Shown piece after piece: positions 50,701 through 59,428 of a stretch of 64,000 bases of DNA (its first letter is position 1; every line of letters begins with the position of its first letter). The stretch is from Pristiophorus japonicus (taxonomy: Eukaryota): positions 113,150,001-113,214,000 of the forward strand of contig NC_091978.1 in the NCBI RefSeq assembly GCF_044704955.1, in the 5' to 3' direction. The notes beneath the pieces are model-generated. The model searched no databases. It saw nothing but the letters and a program-made list of their open reading frames with translations, and was not told where the DNA came from. Both the position numbers and the translations under genes were made by a program.

Positions 50701-53612
50701 AGGTCACCAAAAACAGGCCTAATGAGAGAGCAGGACTTAATAGAGGACAGGATGTGGATAGCAGAGTTTTGGAGCAGGAGCTTGTGTAATTTGGGAGGTT
50801 GATAAGGAGCATGGTGAAAAACCCTAGAATTAACAAATCCCAAATCAAAATTCCTACGGCTGTAGGATTTAGGTCGGGGTAAAGAAAGAAATTGCATTTA
50901 TATTGCACCTTTCAAGCTCTCAGGACACATTAAGGTGTTTCACAGATAATGAATTACTTGTGAAGTGTTGTAACTGTTGTTAGATAGGCAAGCAAACATG
51001 ACATTAAATTTGCAAAATGCAAGGTCCAACAAAGAGTGAGATAATTGGCCATATCCTGTGAATGAATTAAAATAATATATATCTCATCCAAAAGATGGCA
51101 CCTCAGACAGTATAGCACTCCTTTAGTACCGCACCGAAGTGCCAGCCTAGATTATGTGCTCAAGTCTCTGGAGTAATGCTTGAACCTTCTGACTCAGAGG
51201 TGAGAGTGCTACCACTGAGTCAAGGCTGAAAGCAGGGGGCTCATGATGGAACGCTGAAGTCTGTCAAAGCTATGTTGGTCTTCCATCAATAAAAAGCTTT
51301 CTTCACCATTTTTTGTTGGTTCTTGGGACATTGGGGATGCTGGCAGGGGCACAGATCAAGTGAACTTCTCTATCCTGGATTGTGGTAAGCTTCTTCTGTG
51401 TTGTGACTGCAGCCATCCATGCAACTGGTAAATATTCCATTGTACTTCTGATCTGAGCCTTACAGACGGTGGATAGACTGAGAAATCAAGAGGTGAGATG
51501 CTTTTTGCAGTGCCCTCTGCCCTGTTCTTGTAGCCATGGTATTGATATGGCTAGTCTAGTTAAGTGGTTACCCCCACGATGTTGATGGGGAGGGGCAATC
51601 TGCTGTGTGGAGGGTAAACATTAACATGGACTAGTTAGGCCGAACAGCCTGATTCTATGTTGTGATTTCTATGTAATTCTATGAAATCTTGGAACAGAAT
51701 CACAAAATCAGAACAGTAGACAACAAATAAGATGAAATTGTCTTATGTGATATTAGTGTTCACATAAAAGGCATTCATGTGAAATACCATTGCTATCTTA
51801 ATGATGTTGCAAACCTATTTCTATTTGGGGTTTTTTCAGAAAATGGATATCAAATGAACCCTTAAGCTGAGGATACAACTAATTAATGTACATTATATTT
51901 TAAAGGTCAATACTGGATATTTCCCTGTCCAGACTGTCTATATCATTGTTAAACTACCAATTTCCACAAAAGAGGGCAATCAACTTTTGTATCTTACTGG
52001 GGTAAATACAAATCAGGTATGTCATGTTTATCATTCTTATGTAATAAGCAATTAATACCTAACAGCTTTACAGTAGCAATGAAGTTTGTCCTGTGACAGC
52101 TGCAATTAACCTTTTGGATGAAGAACAGAGCAAACAGAGAGAAAATCTAATTACCCCCATTTCAGTTAAAGCAATTTCTCATGGTAAGATGAAAAATATC
52201 AGGGGCAATTTTGACTTTGGGTGATAGTGTAAAATGGACGATATCTGTATTTGAATTCAATGAAAATGCAATCGGGAGAGATATGCAATACATGAGCCAA
52301 AGTTTGATTTTATTCTTCTGTCACTCTAGCATCTCTTCCCATTGGGTAAACTTACTTTTTAATTATGTTTAGTCAACAATATATGTAATAGAGCAGACAC
52401 AAGCAAAAATTACATAAGCAAATTTATTGGTTCATAGAAACATAGAAACATAGAAACATAGAAACATAGAAAATAGGTGCAGGAGCAGGCCATTCAGCCC
52501 TTCTAGCCTGCACCGCCATTCAATGAGTTCATGGCTGAACATGAAACTTCAGTACCCCCTTCCTGCTTTCTCGCCATAACCCTTGATCCCCCGAGTAGTA
52601 AGGACTTTATCTAACTCCCTTTTGAATATATTTAGTGAATTGGCCTCAACTACTTTCTGTGGTAGAGAATTCCACAGGTTCACCACTCTCTGGGTGAAGA
52701 AGTTTCTCCTCATCTCGGTCCTAAATGGCTTACCCCTTATCCTCAGACTGTGACCCCTGGTTCTGGACTTCCCCAACATTGGGAACATTCTTCCTGCATC
52801 TAACCTGTCTAAACCCGTCAGAATTTTAAACGTTTCTATGAGGTCCCCTCTCATTCTTCTGAACTCCAGTGAACACAAGCCCAGTTGATCCAGTCTTTCT
52901 TGATAGGTCAGTCCCGCCATCCCGGGAATCAGTCTGGTGAATCTTCGCTGCACTCCCTCAATAGCAAGAATGTCCTTCCTCAAGTTAGGAGACCAAAACT
53001 GTACACAATTTTCATGAGTGAAAACTGTGCATTTCATGGTTTCTATATATTTCTCACCCTGAACCTAAATGCCTATGCTGGTTACCAATATTACTTTGCT
53101 GGTCGAAGGTAACTTCTCTGATGTGCATATTCAGATTGTTCATAAGAATGCTGGAAGGATCCTTGATCCTCTTAATTGAGCAGAATCACGGTGCGGATAT
53201 GTGCTCATGGCAGGCATTATTCTGTGCTGGAAGTATGCATTCATAAGATTACCCCTTTAGAAAGTTTAACAGTCAACAGCAATGGCTGATCAGAGAGCAT
53301 TCTAACAGGGTTGGATTTATATCAGTATTGCAGCAACGAAACAACTGTTTTCTAACCCGCAGGTGTCAACCATAATCCATCATTGCTTACTTATTCAATG
53401 GCCTATTGTTCACAGTATTCATTAGCAGTAGAGTTATTAAGAATAGTTGATTAATTTGGGTCATTCAACATAATGATTCTGTCTTTCTAAAATAATTGCA
53501 GGAAAACAACTTAATTTGTGACTTAAAAGGAAAACGTGATAGACTGAAAATCAAACAGCAACCTTATTCTGCAAATGTTGTAAAGGAGAGCTTTCAGAAT
53601 GTGAAAGATTTG
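2611..53612 (+). CDS. ITGA2: Integrin alpha-2-like (collagen-binding I-domain integrin alpha), partial multi-exon gene; 21 exons in window, 5' and 3' exons outside
   Basis: 21 AG/GT(GC)-bounded exons splice in phase to 2663 nt (2 nt + 887 codons) with no stop. Motifs: MIDAS DGSNS, TDGESHD, alphaC helix GYYNREG, FG-GAP repeats with DxNxDG Ca sites, [17 protein letters not shown] genu. Segments such as [31 protein letters not shown] and LLYLTGV recall ITGA2 more than ITGA1/10/11. Confidence 0.88.
4219..5012 (+). mobile_element. RTE-clade LINE, 5'-truncated
   Basis: [32 protein letters not shown]; C-terminal [21 protein letters not shown] zinc finger; (TGA)n tail. Confidence 0.88.
5082..5695 (-). 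mobile_element. Degenerate Harbinger-like element with a Myb/SANT-like exon remnant
   Basis: Flanked by TTA direct repeats (5079-81, 5696-98). Minus strand ~5195-5400 reads, with frameshifts, [41 protein letters not shown]. Confidence 0.55.
6166..6314 (+). CDS. ITGA2: Integrin alpha exon: I-domain
   Basis: aatag|GTG..GCA AG|gtaatt; [50 protein letters not shown]. Confidence 0.93.
7071..7154 (+). mobile_element. Truncated left end of the Harbinger-like family at 47032
   Basis: GGGACTAGAACCTCCACTTTTGTGCTTATCGCCCAAAAA..AGGGTTTT..GATC is nearly identical to 47031-47114. Confidence 0.8.
7263..8158. mobile_element. Non-autonomous TIR element (MITE)
   Basis: TIRs GGGATCAATTTTCCCCA / TGGGGAAAATTGAACCC (1 mismatch); internal duplicated CTAACCCTGGCCGAA units. 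Confidence 0.75.
8242..8392 (+). CDS. ITGA2: Integrin alpha exon: I-domain
   Basis: ttttag|G ATG..ATT GCT|gtaagt; [50 protein letters not shown]. Confidence 0.93.
9926..10091 (+). CDS. ITGA2: Integrin alpha exon: I-domain end with alphaC helix
   Basis: catag|GTT..GAA G|gtaaat; [55 protein letters not shown]. Confidence 0.93.
10205..10735 (+). mobile_element. Old degenerate CR1 LINE 3' fragment
   Basis: [35 protein letters not shown]; degraded TTCTATG tail. Confidence 0.75.
11224..11303 (+). CDS. ITGA2: Integrin alpha exon: beta-propeller
   Basis: ctag|GG ACA..AGC CAG|gtatta; [27 protein letters not shown]. Confidence 0.9.
11417..11612 (-). mobile_element. L2 LINE 3' end fragment
   Basis: ACAACAACTTTTATTTATATAGCGCCTTTAACATAGTAAAACGTCCCAAG matches the L2 copy at 35222. 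Confidence 0.7.
11716..11854 (+). CDS. ITGA2: Integrin alpha exon: beta-propeller
   Basis: ttcag|GAC..TTA G|gtaaac; [46 protein letters not shown]. Confidence 0.92.
13060..13205 (+). CDS. ITGA2: Integrin alpha exon: FG-GAP repeat, ends at a GC donor
   Basis: cacag|GT TAC..GAA CAG|gcatgt; [49 protein letters not shown]. Confidence 0.88.
13716..15432. repeat. Minisatellite with mixed 20-bp (CACTCGATCCGGTCACTCCG) and 23-bp (CACTCGATCCGGTCACTCAGGCC) units
   Basis: Directly visible uninterrupted tandem array of about 1.7 kb. Confidence 0.97.
15865..16255 (+). mobile_element. L2 LINE ORF2 C-terminal fragment, interrupted by a MITE
   Basis: [11 protein letters not shown]..[14 protein letters not shown] | ..[19 protein letters not shown]. 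Confidence 0.7.
16025..16185. mobile_element. hAT-type MITE with 8-bp TSD
   Basis: TSD TCCACCAA at 16017-16024 and 16186-16193; degenerate 15-bp TIRs TAACGTTCTCGTTAA / TTAGTGGGAACATTG. Confidence 0.7.
17213..17356 (+). CDS. ITGA2: Integrin alpha exon: FG-GAP repeat
   Basis: ttttag|CTT..AAT AAG|gtaaaa; [48 protein letters not shown]. Confidence 0.93.
17843..18206. mobile_element. MITE, Harbinger-like TIR
   Basis: TGGCCTTGAAATT ... AATTTCTGGGCCA. Confidence 0.6.
18289..18492 (+). CDS. ITGA2: Integrin alpha exon: FG-GAP repeat (NAGNAG acceptor, alternative start 18286)
   Basis: tttagcag|GGT..ACA CAA|gtaaga; [68 protein letters not shown]. Confidence 0.92.
18705..23002 (+). mobile_element. CR1 LINE (ORF1 end, APE endonuclease, RT, 3' end), internally deleted and interrupted by a Gypsy element
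   Basis: [22 protein letters not shown] (EN); [21 protein letters not shown]|LFKK..NYRPVS; IYINDL, KFSDDTK (RT); many stops and frameshifts. Confidence 0.88.
19917..21609 (+). mobile_element. Ty3/Gypsy LTR retrotransposon copy 1 (gag and protease start retained, pol deleted)
   Basis: TSD GTACC at 19912-16 and 21610-14; 5' LTR ~19917-20128; gag [24 protein letters not shown]; jumps at ~21220 to the integrase tail; truncated 3' LTR ends CACAACA. Confidence 0.9.
23007..23430 (+). mobile_element. tRNA-derived DeuSINE (SacSINE1-like)
   Basis: A box TGGCTCAGTGG, B box GTTCAAATTC; Deu-like core GGTGCTATCTTTCAGATGAGACGTTAAA; tail GCTATATAATTGCAAGTTCTTTCTTT. Family name recalled, not searched. Confidence 0.75.
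23692..23822 (+). CDS. ITGA2: Integrin alpha exon: last FG-GAP repeat
   Basis: ttctag|AAA..CTC TG|gtatga; [44 protein letters not shown]. Confidence 0.92.
23990..25365 (+). mobile_element. Old CR1 LINE 3' fragment interrupted by a MITE
   Basis: [29 protein letters not shown] resumes after 25007 with TTTCAGTGAATGAGTGGTC. Confidence 0.6.
24178..25007. mobile_element. MITE; same family as ~46100-46862 in opposite orientation
   Basis: Duplicated (A)ATA at the insertion site in the CR1; internal CAATCAGGCTG..TTGGGC is the reverse complement of the segment at ~46260-46285. Confidence 0.6.
25600..27678 (+). mobile_element. CR1 LINE, degenerate ORF2 (RT) and 3' end
   Basis: [50 protein letters not shown]. 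Confidence 0.9.
27690..28685 (+). mobile_element. Highly degenerate LINE remnant (endonuclease-like part and 3' tail)
   Basis: Degraded ..ADFN.NHQE.. and ..GKSDH.T.LV APE-like motifs; tail GTTCAAGAAG..CCACCTT..GGGCAACTAGG is shared with 15742-15800. Confidence 0.45.
28924..29087 (+). CDS. ITGA2: Integrin alpha exon: thigh domain
   Basis: tttcag|G TCA..ATC A|gtaagg; [54 protein letters not shown]. Confidence 0.9.
29214..29354. mobile_element. Short MITE
   Basis: TGGCTCTGAAATT ... AATTTCAGGGCCC inverted termini. Confidence 0.6.
29750..33863 (+). mobile_element. Ty3/Gypsy LTR retrotransposon copy 2 (Mag-like), degenerate, PBS and gag 5' part deleted
   Basis: TSD CCTTG at 29745-49 and 33864-68; LTRs 29750-~29949 and 33652-33863; PPT GGGGGGAG; domain order zinc knuckle, PR (ELDMG), RT ([17 protein letters not shown]), RNase H ([21 protein letters not shown]), IN (H-H-C-C, SDNGPCF, GQAER). 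Confidence 0.93.
34205..35110 (+). mobile_element. CR1 LINE, 5'-truncated
   Basis: [22 protein letters not shown]; TTCTTATG tail. Confidence 0.88.
35222..35713 (-). mobile_element. L2 LINE 3' end
   Basis: Minus [54 protein letters not shown], typical L2 ORF2 C-terminus; (TTG)n tail. Confidence 0.85.
35796..35947 (+). CDS. ITGA2: Integrin alpha exon: thigh domain
   Basis: gccag|AT ATT..GTC CAA|gtaagt; [50 protein letters not shown]. Confidence 0.9.
36217..36327 (+). CDS. ITGA2: Integrin alpha exon: thigh domain
   Basis: gactag|GAC..TAT TTT|gtaagt; [37 protein letters not shown]. Confidence 0.88.
36418..36503 (+). CDS. ITGA2: Integrin alpha exon: genu / calf-1 start
   Basis: atgtag|ATT..AAC AG|gtgaga; [28 protein letters not shown]; preceded by a 90-nt intron. 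Confidence 0.92.
37730..38021 (+). mobile_element. Degenerate tRNA-like SINE
   Basis: B-box-like GAGTTTAAATCCC; tail GTTCAAGGCAATTAGGGATG resembles the LINE tail near 28600. Confidence 0.4.
38538..39673 (+). mobile_element. RTE LINE containing a second, 5'-inverted RTE (39267-39584)
   Basis: [42 protein letters not shown]; (TGA)n tail. Confidence 0.85.
39736..40625 (+). mobile_element. CR1 LINE, 5'-truncated
   Basis: Near-identical to 1674-2558; ORF 39903-40415. Confidence 0.9.
41480..41609 (+). CDS. ITGA2: Integrin alpha exon: calf-1
   Basis: caacag|C AAA..GCA TCA|gtgagt; [43 protein letters not shown]. Confidence 0.88.
42285..42430. repeat. Low-complexity AT-rich (TA/GA) tract
   Basis: Degenerate (TA)n and (GA)n just upstream of exon 42451. 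Confidence 0.6.
42451..42540 (+). CDS. ITGA2: Integrin alpha exon: calf-1
   Basis: taacag|GTT..GAT AAG|gtgaat; [30 protein letters not shown]. Confidence 0.9.
43215..43787. mobile_element. MITE, Harbinger-like TIR
   Basis: GGGCTAGAAATTGATCA / TGATCAATTTCTAGCCA; 16-nt perfect inverted repeat. Confidence 0.78.
43991..44067 (+). CDS. ITGA2: Integrin alpha exon: calf-1
   Basis: tgacag|GTC..ATA AG|gtaact; [25 protein letters not shown]. Confidence 0.9.
44175..44264 (+). CDS. ITGA2: Integrin alpha exon: calf-1 end
   Basis: tcacag|T GAA..TCA AG|gtatgg; [29 protein letters not shown]. Confidence 0.9.
44397..46045 (-). mobile_element. CR1 LINE, relatively young, 5'-truncated
   Basis: 419-aa RT ORF 44742-46001 ([29 protein letters not shown]); CATAGAAA tail. 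Confidence 0.93.
46100..46862. mobile_element. MITE-like element; same family as 24178-25007
   Basis: Reverse-complement similarity to 24178-25007; internal duplication GGTCTGATCCACGACCACG. Confidence 0.5.
47032..49922 (+). mobile_element. Non-autonomous PIF/Harbinger-like DNA transposon carrying a spliced Myb/SANT-like gene
   Basis: TIRs GGGTTAGAACCTCCACTTTTGTGC / GCAAAAAAAGTGGAGGTTCCAGCCC; no DDE transposase ORF seen. Confidence 0.82.
47468..49292 (+). pseudogene. Myb/SANT-like (trihelix, NAIF1/MSANTD-type) DNA-binding protein pseudogene, 3 exons (47468-47779, 48063-48221, 48509-49292)
   Basis: [40 protein letters not shown]|gtaagt; ag|[22 protein letters not shown]; low-complexity exon 3; in-frame TGA stops and frameshifts. 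Confidence 0.75.
50079..50181 (+). CDS. ITGA2: Integrin alpha exon: calf-2
   Basis: ttgcag|A GCT..CTC AGA|gtaagt; [34 protein letters not shown]. Confidence 0.9.
50325..50800 (-). mobile_element. Degenerate L2 LINE 3' fragment
   Basis: Minus-strand remnants [27 protein letters not shown] and IGGRAF; similar to 35222-35713. Confidence 0.55.
50881..51229 (-). mobile_element. SacSINE1-like DeuSINE
   Basis: Reverse-complement similarity to 23007-23430, including the tRNA-like head. Confidence 0.72.
51906..52016 (+). CDS. ITGA2: Integrin alpha exon: calf-2
   Basis: ttaaag|GTC..AAT CAG|gtatgt; [37 protein letters not shown]. Confidence 0.9.
52432..53010 (-). mobile_element. CR1 LINE, short 3' end
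   Basis: Five CATAGAAA tail units; ORF2 C-terminus very close to 44397-44940. Confidence 0.92.
53502..53612 (+). CDS. ITGA2: Integrin alpha exon: calf-2 (last exon found in window)
   Basis: ttgcag|GAA..GAT TTG|gtaaga; [37 protein letters not shown]. Confidence 0.85.
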
Positions 53613-55394
53613 GTAAGACATTTTAGTCTTTGGATTTAGCATTTGCTTTGTGTTTGATCACTTTAATTAATGTTTGGCAATTTGTGAAAATATTCTTAAT
53701 TTATTTTCTTTATCAAGTTACTTTTCTATGTTTTTGGTGGTTAAACAAACACATGATTGTAAAGTTGCATTGTATAGAATTTGGACTCAGGTAGTCAATT
53801 TATGCACAATATTAGAAAACTGTTTCTGTTAGTAAGAGAACTACATAAGAACCTGGAGATTCTTCACAGCCCAGAGGTATAGGGGTTGCATTCCAGCAGA
53901 GGGTAGGTTAACATTAAACTTAATTAGATTATTTTATTCTCTTCAAGTAAACTGTTTAATTGTGAAACCAAACTAATTTGGTGTGATTCGTAAATACGCC
54001 CATTTTGTGTGTGGTTGATGACGAACTCAGGAGCAACAGGAGTAATGCTGACTAACCTAATTTTTGCTGTTTGACAATTTGTATTGTTTGTTGTTGGACT
54101 GTTTATCATGATGTTGTTTCTTATGAATCTCCAATTTAGTTATCTGGATTGGACAACATTTTGATGGTGATCAGATCCAGGGCTCTTCAATAGAAAATAA
54201 GATTAAATACATATAAATACCACATTATCAACAGAGAGTTGGGATAAATGGTTCATTCTCAGGTTGGCAATCAATAACTAGTGGGGTGCCGCAGAGATCA
54301 GTGCTGGGACCCCAACTATTTACAATCTATATTAACGACTTGGAAGAAAAGACCGAGTGTAACATAGCCAAGTTTGCTGATGATACAAAGATGGGAGGAA
54401 AAGCAATGTGTGAGGAGCATACAAAAAATCTGCAAAAGGGCATAGACAAGCTAAGTGAGTGGGCAAAAATTTGGCAGATGGAGTAAAATGTTGGAAAGTG
54501 TGAGGTCATGTACTTTGGCAGAAAAAAATCAAAGAGCAAGTTATTATTTAAATGGAGAAAAATTGCAAAATGCTGCAGTACAGTGGGACCTGGGGGTACT
54601 TGTGCACGAAACACAAAAGAATAGTATGCAGGTGCAGCAAGTGATTAGAAGACCAATGGAATCTTGGCCTTTATTGCAAAGGGGATGGAGTATAAAAGCA
54701 GGGAAATCTTGCTACAGTTATACAGGGTATTGGGGAGGCCACATCTGGAATGCTGCGTACAGTTTTGGTTTCCATATTTACGAAAGGAAAGGATATACTT
54801 GCTTCGGAGGCAGTTCAGAGAAGATTCACTAGTTGATTCCGGAGATGAGGGGGTTGATTTATGAGGAAATGTTGAGGAGGTTGGGCCTCTACTCATTGGA
54901 ATTCAGAAGAATGAGAGGCGATCTTATCGAAACGTATAAGGTTATGGGCCGAAATTTGGCCCTCCGGTTTTTTCCGCGCACCTCCGAGCCCCTCACCGAC
55001 ATTTTACCTCAGAAGCAACACCGAAAAAACTCCCTGCGATCATGGTCAATTCTCGAGCCATCTATGGAGCTGGCGTGGCGTATAATGAAGAGAGGGGGGC
55101 GGAGCTAGGTCCTGGTACTGAAAACAGCACATGCGCACAGATTGTAGCGTGCATGTGCAGTAGCTCCTGGCAGGACGTTTCGGCAACCATGCGCTACAGG
55201 CTGCGTAGGAGGGGCCAAAGCATGTCATCTCTAGCCCTTGCCGAATGGGCTCCCTCATCGGTGGCCTGTTGCGTTCCCTAAAGTAGAAGTTCTATTTTTT
55301 ATTTGTTATTTACTGATTGATTTTGGTGCTTTAGGTGCAGGGTTCCTTCTATTTTTTTATTTGTTATTTATTGTTTGCTTATGACTTTGGTCTT

Positions 55395-55761
55395 GGTAAA
55401 TGAGCCAAAGGTGGGCAGCAGAAGCGTTACAAGGACACCTTCAGAGCCTCCCTGGCAAAGTGCGACATCACCACTGACACCTTTGGGAGACCCTGGCCGA
55501 AGACCGCCCGAGGTTAGAAAGTGCATCCGGGAGGGCATTGAGTTCTTCGAGTCTCAATGCAAAGAGCGTGAAGAGGTCGAGCGCAGACAGCGGAAGGAGC
55601 GTGCAGCAAATCAGCCCCACCCACCCTTTCCCTCAACGAATGTCTGTCCCACCTGTGACAGGGTCTGTGGTTCTCGTATTGGACTGTTAAGCCACCAGTG
55701 AACTCACTTTGGGAGTGGAAAAAAGTCTTCCTCGATTCCGAGGGACTGCCTATGATGATGA
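55395..55761 (+). mobile_element. RTE LINE short 3' end with TSD
   Basis: CPTCDRVCGSRIGLLSHQ; (TGA)n tail; TGGTCTT duplicated at 55388-94 and 55762-68. Confidence 0.82.
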
Positions 55762-56196
55762 TGGTCTTAATGTTTAAGGTGCAGGGTTCCTTCTTTTTTT
55801 TATTATTTATTGATTGCTTATTACTTTGGTCAGTGCTTTAGATGCAGGGTTCCTTCTATTTTATTAATTAATTGCTTATTACTTTTTGTGCTTTGTTTGG
55901 TGCTTGGTGGTGCTTTAAATGTAGTTACTTGCACCGATTCCTTAACTGTAAGTAAGTCTTCCTGTGCGGACAAAAGTGGACACATACACTGCCCTAAGTT
56001 AGTTTAGTACAACTTTTTTTTGGACAAATTGGCATAAATGGTATAAGTGGCTGGGAACGCCCCCTTTTGAAAAAAAACCTGACCGCATAAAAAACCTAAC
56101 TAACTCACTTACACTGGCGCAAATTAAATGGCCATATTTGCAACTAAAAAGATACACCAGAAAAATCAAGTTACACCCAAAAAGAACGGTGCAACT

Positions 56197-58504
56197 CATA
56201 GAAACATAGAAGCATAGAAAAAAGGTGCAGGAGTAGGCCTTCAGCCTGCACCACCATTCAATATGATCATGGCTGATCATGCAACTTCAGTACCCCATTT
56301 CTGATTTCTCTCCATACCTCTTGATCCCTTTAGCCGTAAGGGCCAAATCTAACTCCCTTTGAATATATCTAACGAACTGGCCTCAACAACTTTCTGTGGT
56401 AGAGAATTCCACAGGTTCACAATTCTCTGAGTGAAGAAGTTTCTCCTCATCTCGGTAATAAACTGCTTGCCCCTTATCCTTTGATATGACCCCTGGTTCT
56501 GGACTTCCCCAACATCAGGAACATTCTTCCTGCATCTAACCTGTCCAATCACGTCAGAATTATATGTTTCTGTGAGATCCCCTCTCATTCTTCTAAATTC
56601 CAGCGAATATAAGCCTAGTCGATCCAATCTTTCTTCATATGTCAGTCCTGCTATCCCGGGAATCAGTCTGGTGAACCTTCACTACACCCCCTCAATAGCA
56701 AGAATGTTCTTCCTCAGATTAGGAGACCAAAACTGTACACAATATTCAAGGTATAGCCTCACCAAGGCCCTGTACAACTGCAGTAAGACCTCCTTGCTCC
56801 AATACTCAAATCCTCTCGTTATTTAGGCCAACATGCCATTTGCCTTCACCGCCTGCTGTACCTGCATGCCAACTTTCAATGACTGATGTACCATGACACC
56901 CAGGTCTCGTTGCACCTCCCCTTTTCTTAATCTGTCACCATTCAGATAATATTCTGCCTTCCTGTTTTTGCCAGCAAAGTGGATAACCTCACAGTTATCT
57001 ACACGATACTGCATCTGTCATGCAGTTGCCCACTCACCTAACCTGTCCAAGTCACCCTGCAGCCTCTTAGCATCCTCCTCACAGCTCACACTGCCACCCA
57101 GCTTAGTGTCATCTGCAAACTTGGAGATATTACATTCAATTCCTTCGTCTAAATCATTAATGTATATTGTAAATAGCTGGGGTCCTGGCACTGAACCTTG
57201 CGGTACCCCACTAGTCACTGCCTGCCATTCTGAAAAGGACCCATTTATTCCTTCTCTTTGCTTCCTGTCTGCCAACCAGTTCTCTATCCACGTCAATACA
57301 TCAGTACCATGTACTTTAATTTTGCGCACTAATCTCTTGTGTGGGACCTTATCAAAAGCCTTTTGAAAGTCCAAATACATCACATCCACTGGTTCTCCCT
57401 TGTCCACTCTACTAGTTACAGCCTCAAAACATTCTAGAATATTTGTCAAACATGATTTCCCTTTCATAAATCCATGCTGACTTGGACCGATCCTGTCACT
57501 GCTTTCCAAATGCACTGCCAATACATCTTTAATAATTGATTCCAACATTTTCCCCACTACTGATGTCAAGCTAACCTGTCGAAAATTCCCTGTTTTCTCT
57601 CTCCCTCCTTTTTTAAAAAGTTGGGTTACATTAGCTACCCTCCAATCCATAGGAACTAATCCAGAGTCTATAGAATGTAGGAAAATAAACACCAATGCAT
57701 CGACTATTTCTAGGGCCACTTCCTTAAGTACTCTGGGATGCAGACTATCAGGCCTTGGGGATTTATCGGCCTTCAATCCCATCAGTTTCCCTAACACAAT
57801 TTCCTGACTAATAAGGATTTCCTTCGGTTCCTCCTTCTCGCTAGACCCTCGGTCCCCTAGTATTTCCAGAAGATTATTTGTGTCTTCCTTAGTGAAGACA
57901 GAACCAAAGTATTTGTTCAATTGGTCTGCCATTTCCTTGTTCCCCATTATGAATTCACCTGATTCTGACTGCAAGGGACCTATATTTGTCTTCACTAATC
58001 TTTTTCTCTTCACATATCTATAGAAGCTTTTGCAGTCAGTTTTTATGTTCCCTGCAAGCTTACTCTCATACTCTATTTTCCCCCTCCTAATTGAAGCTTT
58101 TGTCCTCTTCTGCTGAATTCTAAATTTCTCCCAGTCCTCAGGTTTGCTGCCTTTTCTGGCCAATTTATATGCCCCTTCCTTGGATTTAACACTATCCCTA
58201 ATTTCTCTTGTTAGCCACGGTTGAGCCACCTTCCCTGTTTTAATTTTACGCCAGACAGGGATGTACAATTGTTGAAGTTCATCCATGTGATCTTTAAATG
58301 TCTGCCATTGCCTATCCACCGTCAACCCTTTAAGTATCATTCGCCAGTCTATCCTAGCCAATTGACGTCTCATACCATCGAAGTTACCTTCCTTTAATTT
58401 CAGGACCCTAGTCTCTGAATTAACTGTGTCACTCTCCATCTTAATGAAGAATTCTACCATTTTATGGTCACTCTTCCCCAAGGGGCCTCGCAGAACAAGA
58501 TTGC
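56197..58504 (-). mobile_element. CR1 LINE, 2.3 kb
   Basis: 487-aa ORF 57018-58481 (GKSDH end of EN through RT); CATAGAAA tail. Confidence 0.93.
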
Positions 58505-59277
58505 CATGGGGTCATTTGGACCCATGGAGGGGGCTTGACAAGGTGGATGCAGAGAGGATGTTTCCACTGATGGGGGCGACTAGAACTAGGGGGTATAATC
58601 TTAGAATAAGGGGCCGCCCATTTAAAACTGAGATGAGGAGGAATTTCTTCTCTCAGAGGATTATAAATCTGTGAACTTCGCTGCCTCAGAGAGCTGTGGA
58701 AGCCGGGACATTGAATAAATTTAAGACAGGGATAGACAGCTTCTTAACCAATAAGGGATTAAGGGGTTATGGGGAGCGGGTAGGGAAGTGGACCTGAGTC
58801 CATGATCGGATCAGCCATGATCGTATTAAATGGCGGAGCAGACTTGAGGGGCCATATGGCCTACTCCTGCTCCTATTTCTTATGTTCTCATGTGATTGAG
58901 TTCACAACAAGGAAATTGATTATCATGTTTCCATCTCATAATGATGTGGGACAGGATGACTGAACTCCCTCTATGATTCTTCCATTATCCAAATGTAGGA
59001 ACTAATTAGAAATTATTTTATAATAAGGAATGTTAATTATAATTGTTTCATAATTCCAGTCCACACAATACTGTTTTGAATCTATGTTGTTATACATTTC
59101 AATGCAGCGCCTTGAACATGAGTCTAGATTTATATATCAAAAATCTATCAACAAAGTTCAACACAGTACAACATAAATTAATTATTTATATAATTTAAAA
59201 CATTTTTGTACCATACTGTTGGATCCAGCCATAAATCCAATGTAATTTGACATATAGATTGATGAACCAACCCTGCC

Positions 59278-59428
59278 TAAGAACATAAGCATAAGAACAT
59301 AAGAATTAGGAACAGGAGTAGGCCATCTAGCCCCTCGAGCCAGCTCCGCCATTCAACAAGATCATGGCTGATCTGGCCGTGGACTCAGCTCCACTTACCC
59401 ACCCGCTCCCCATAACCCTTAATTCCCT
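59278..59428 (-). mobile_element. CR1 3' UTR fragment
   Basis: (CATAAGAA)n tail; matches 38022-38150. Confidence 0.8.

Larger units (their letters stand above)
54946..58523. mobile_element. MITE (Harbinger-like TIR) itself interrupted by an RTE and a CR1
   Basis: GGGCCGAAATTT ... CATTTGGACCC termini; subterminal sequence resembles the right end of 7263-8158. Confidence 0.65.
54231..58892 (+). mobile_element. CR1 LINE split by a MITE (pieces 54231-54945 and 58524-58892)
   Basis: ..[11 protein letters not shown]| resumes |[16 protein letters not shown].. Confidence 0.85.

Noticed and set aside
44742-58481. 419-aa and 487-aa reverse transcriptase ORFs as host genes or active LINEs
   Set aside because: Both are 5'-truncated CR1 copies lacking ORF1 and most or all of the endonuclease, with downstream frameshifts or stops.
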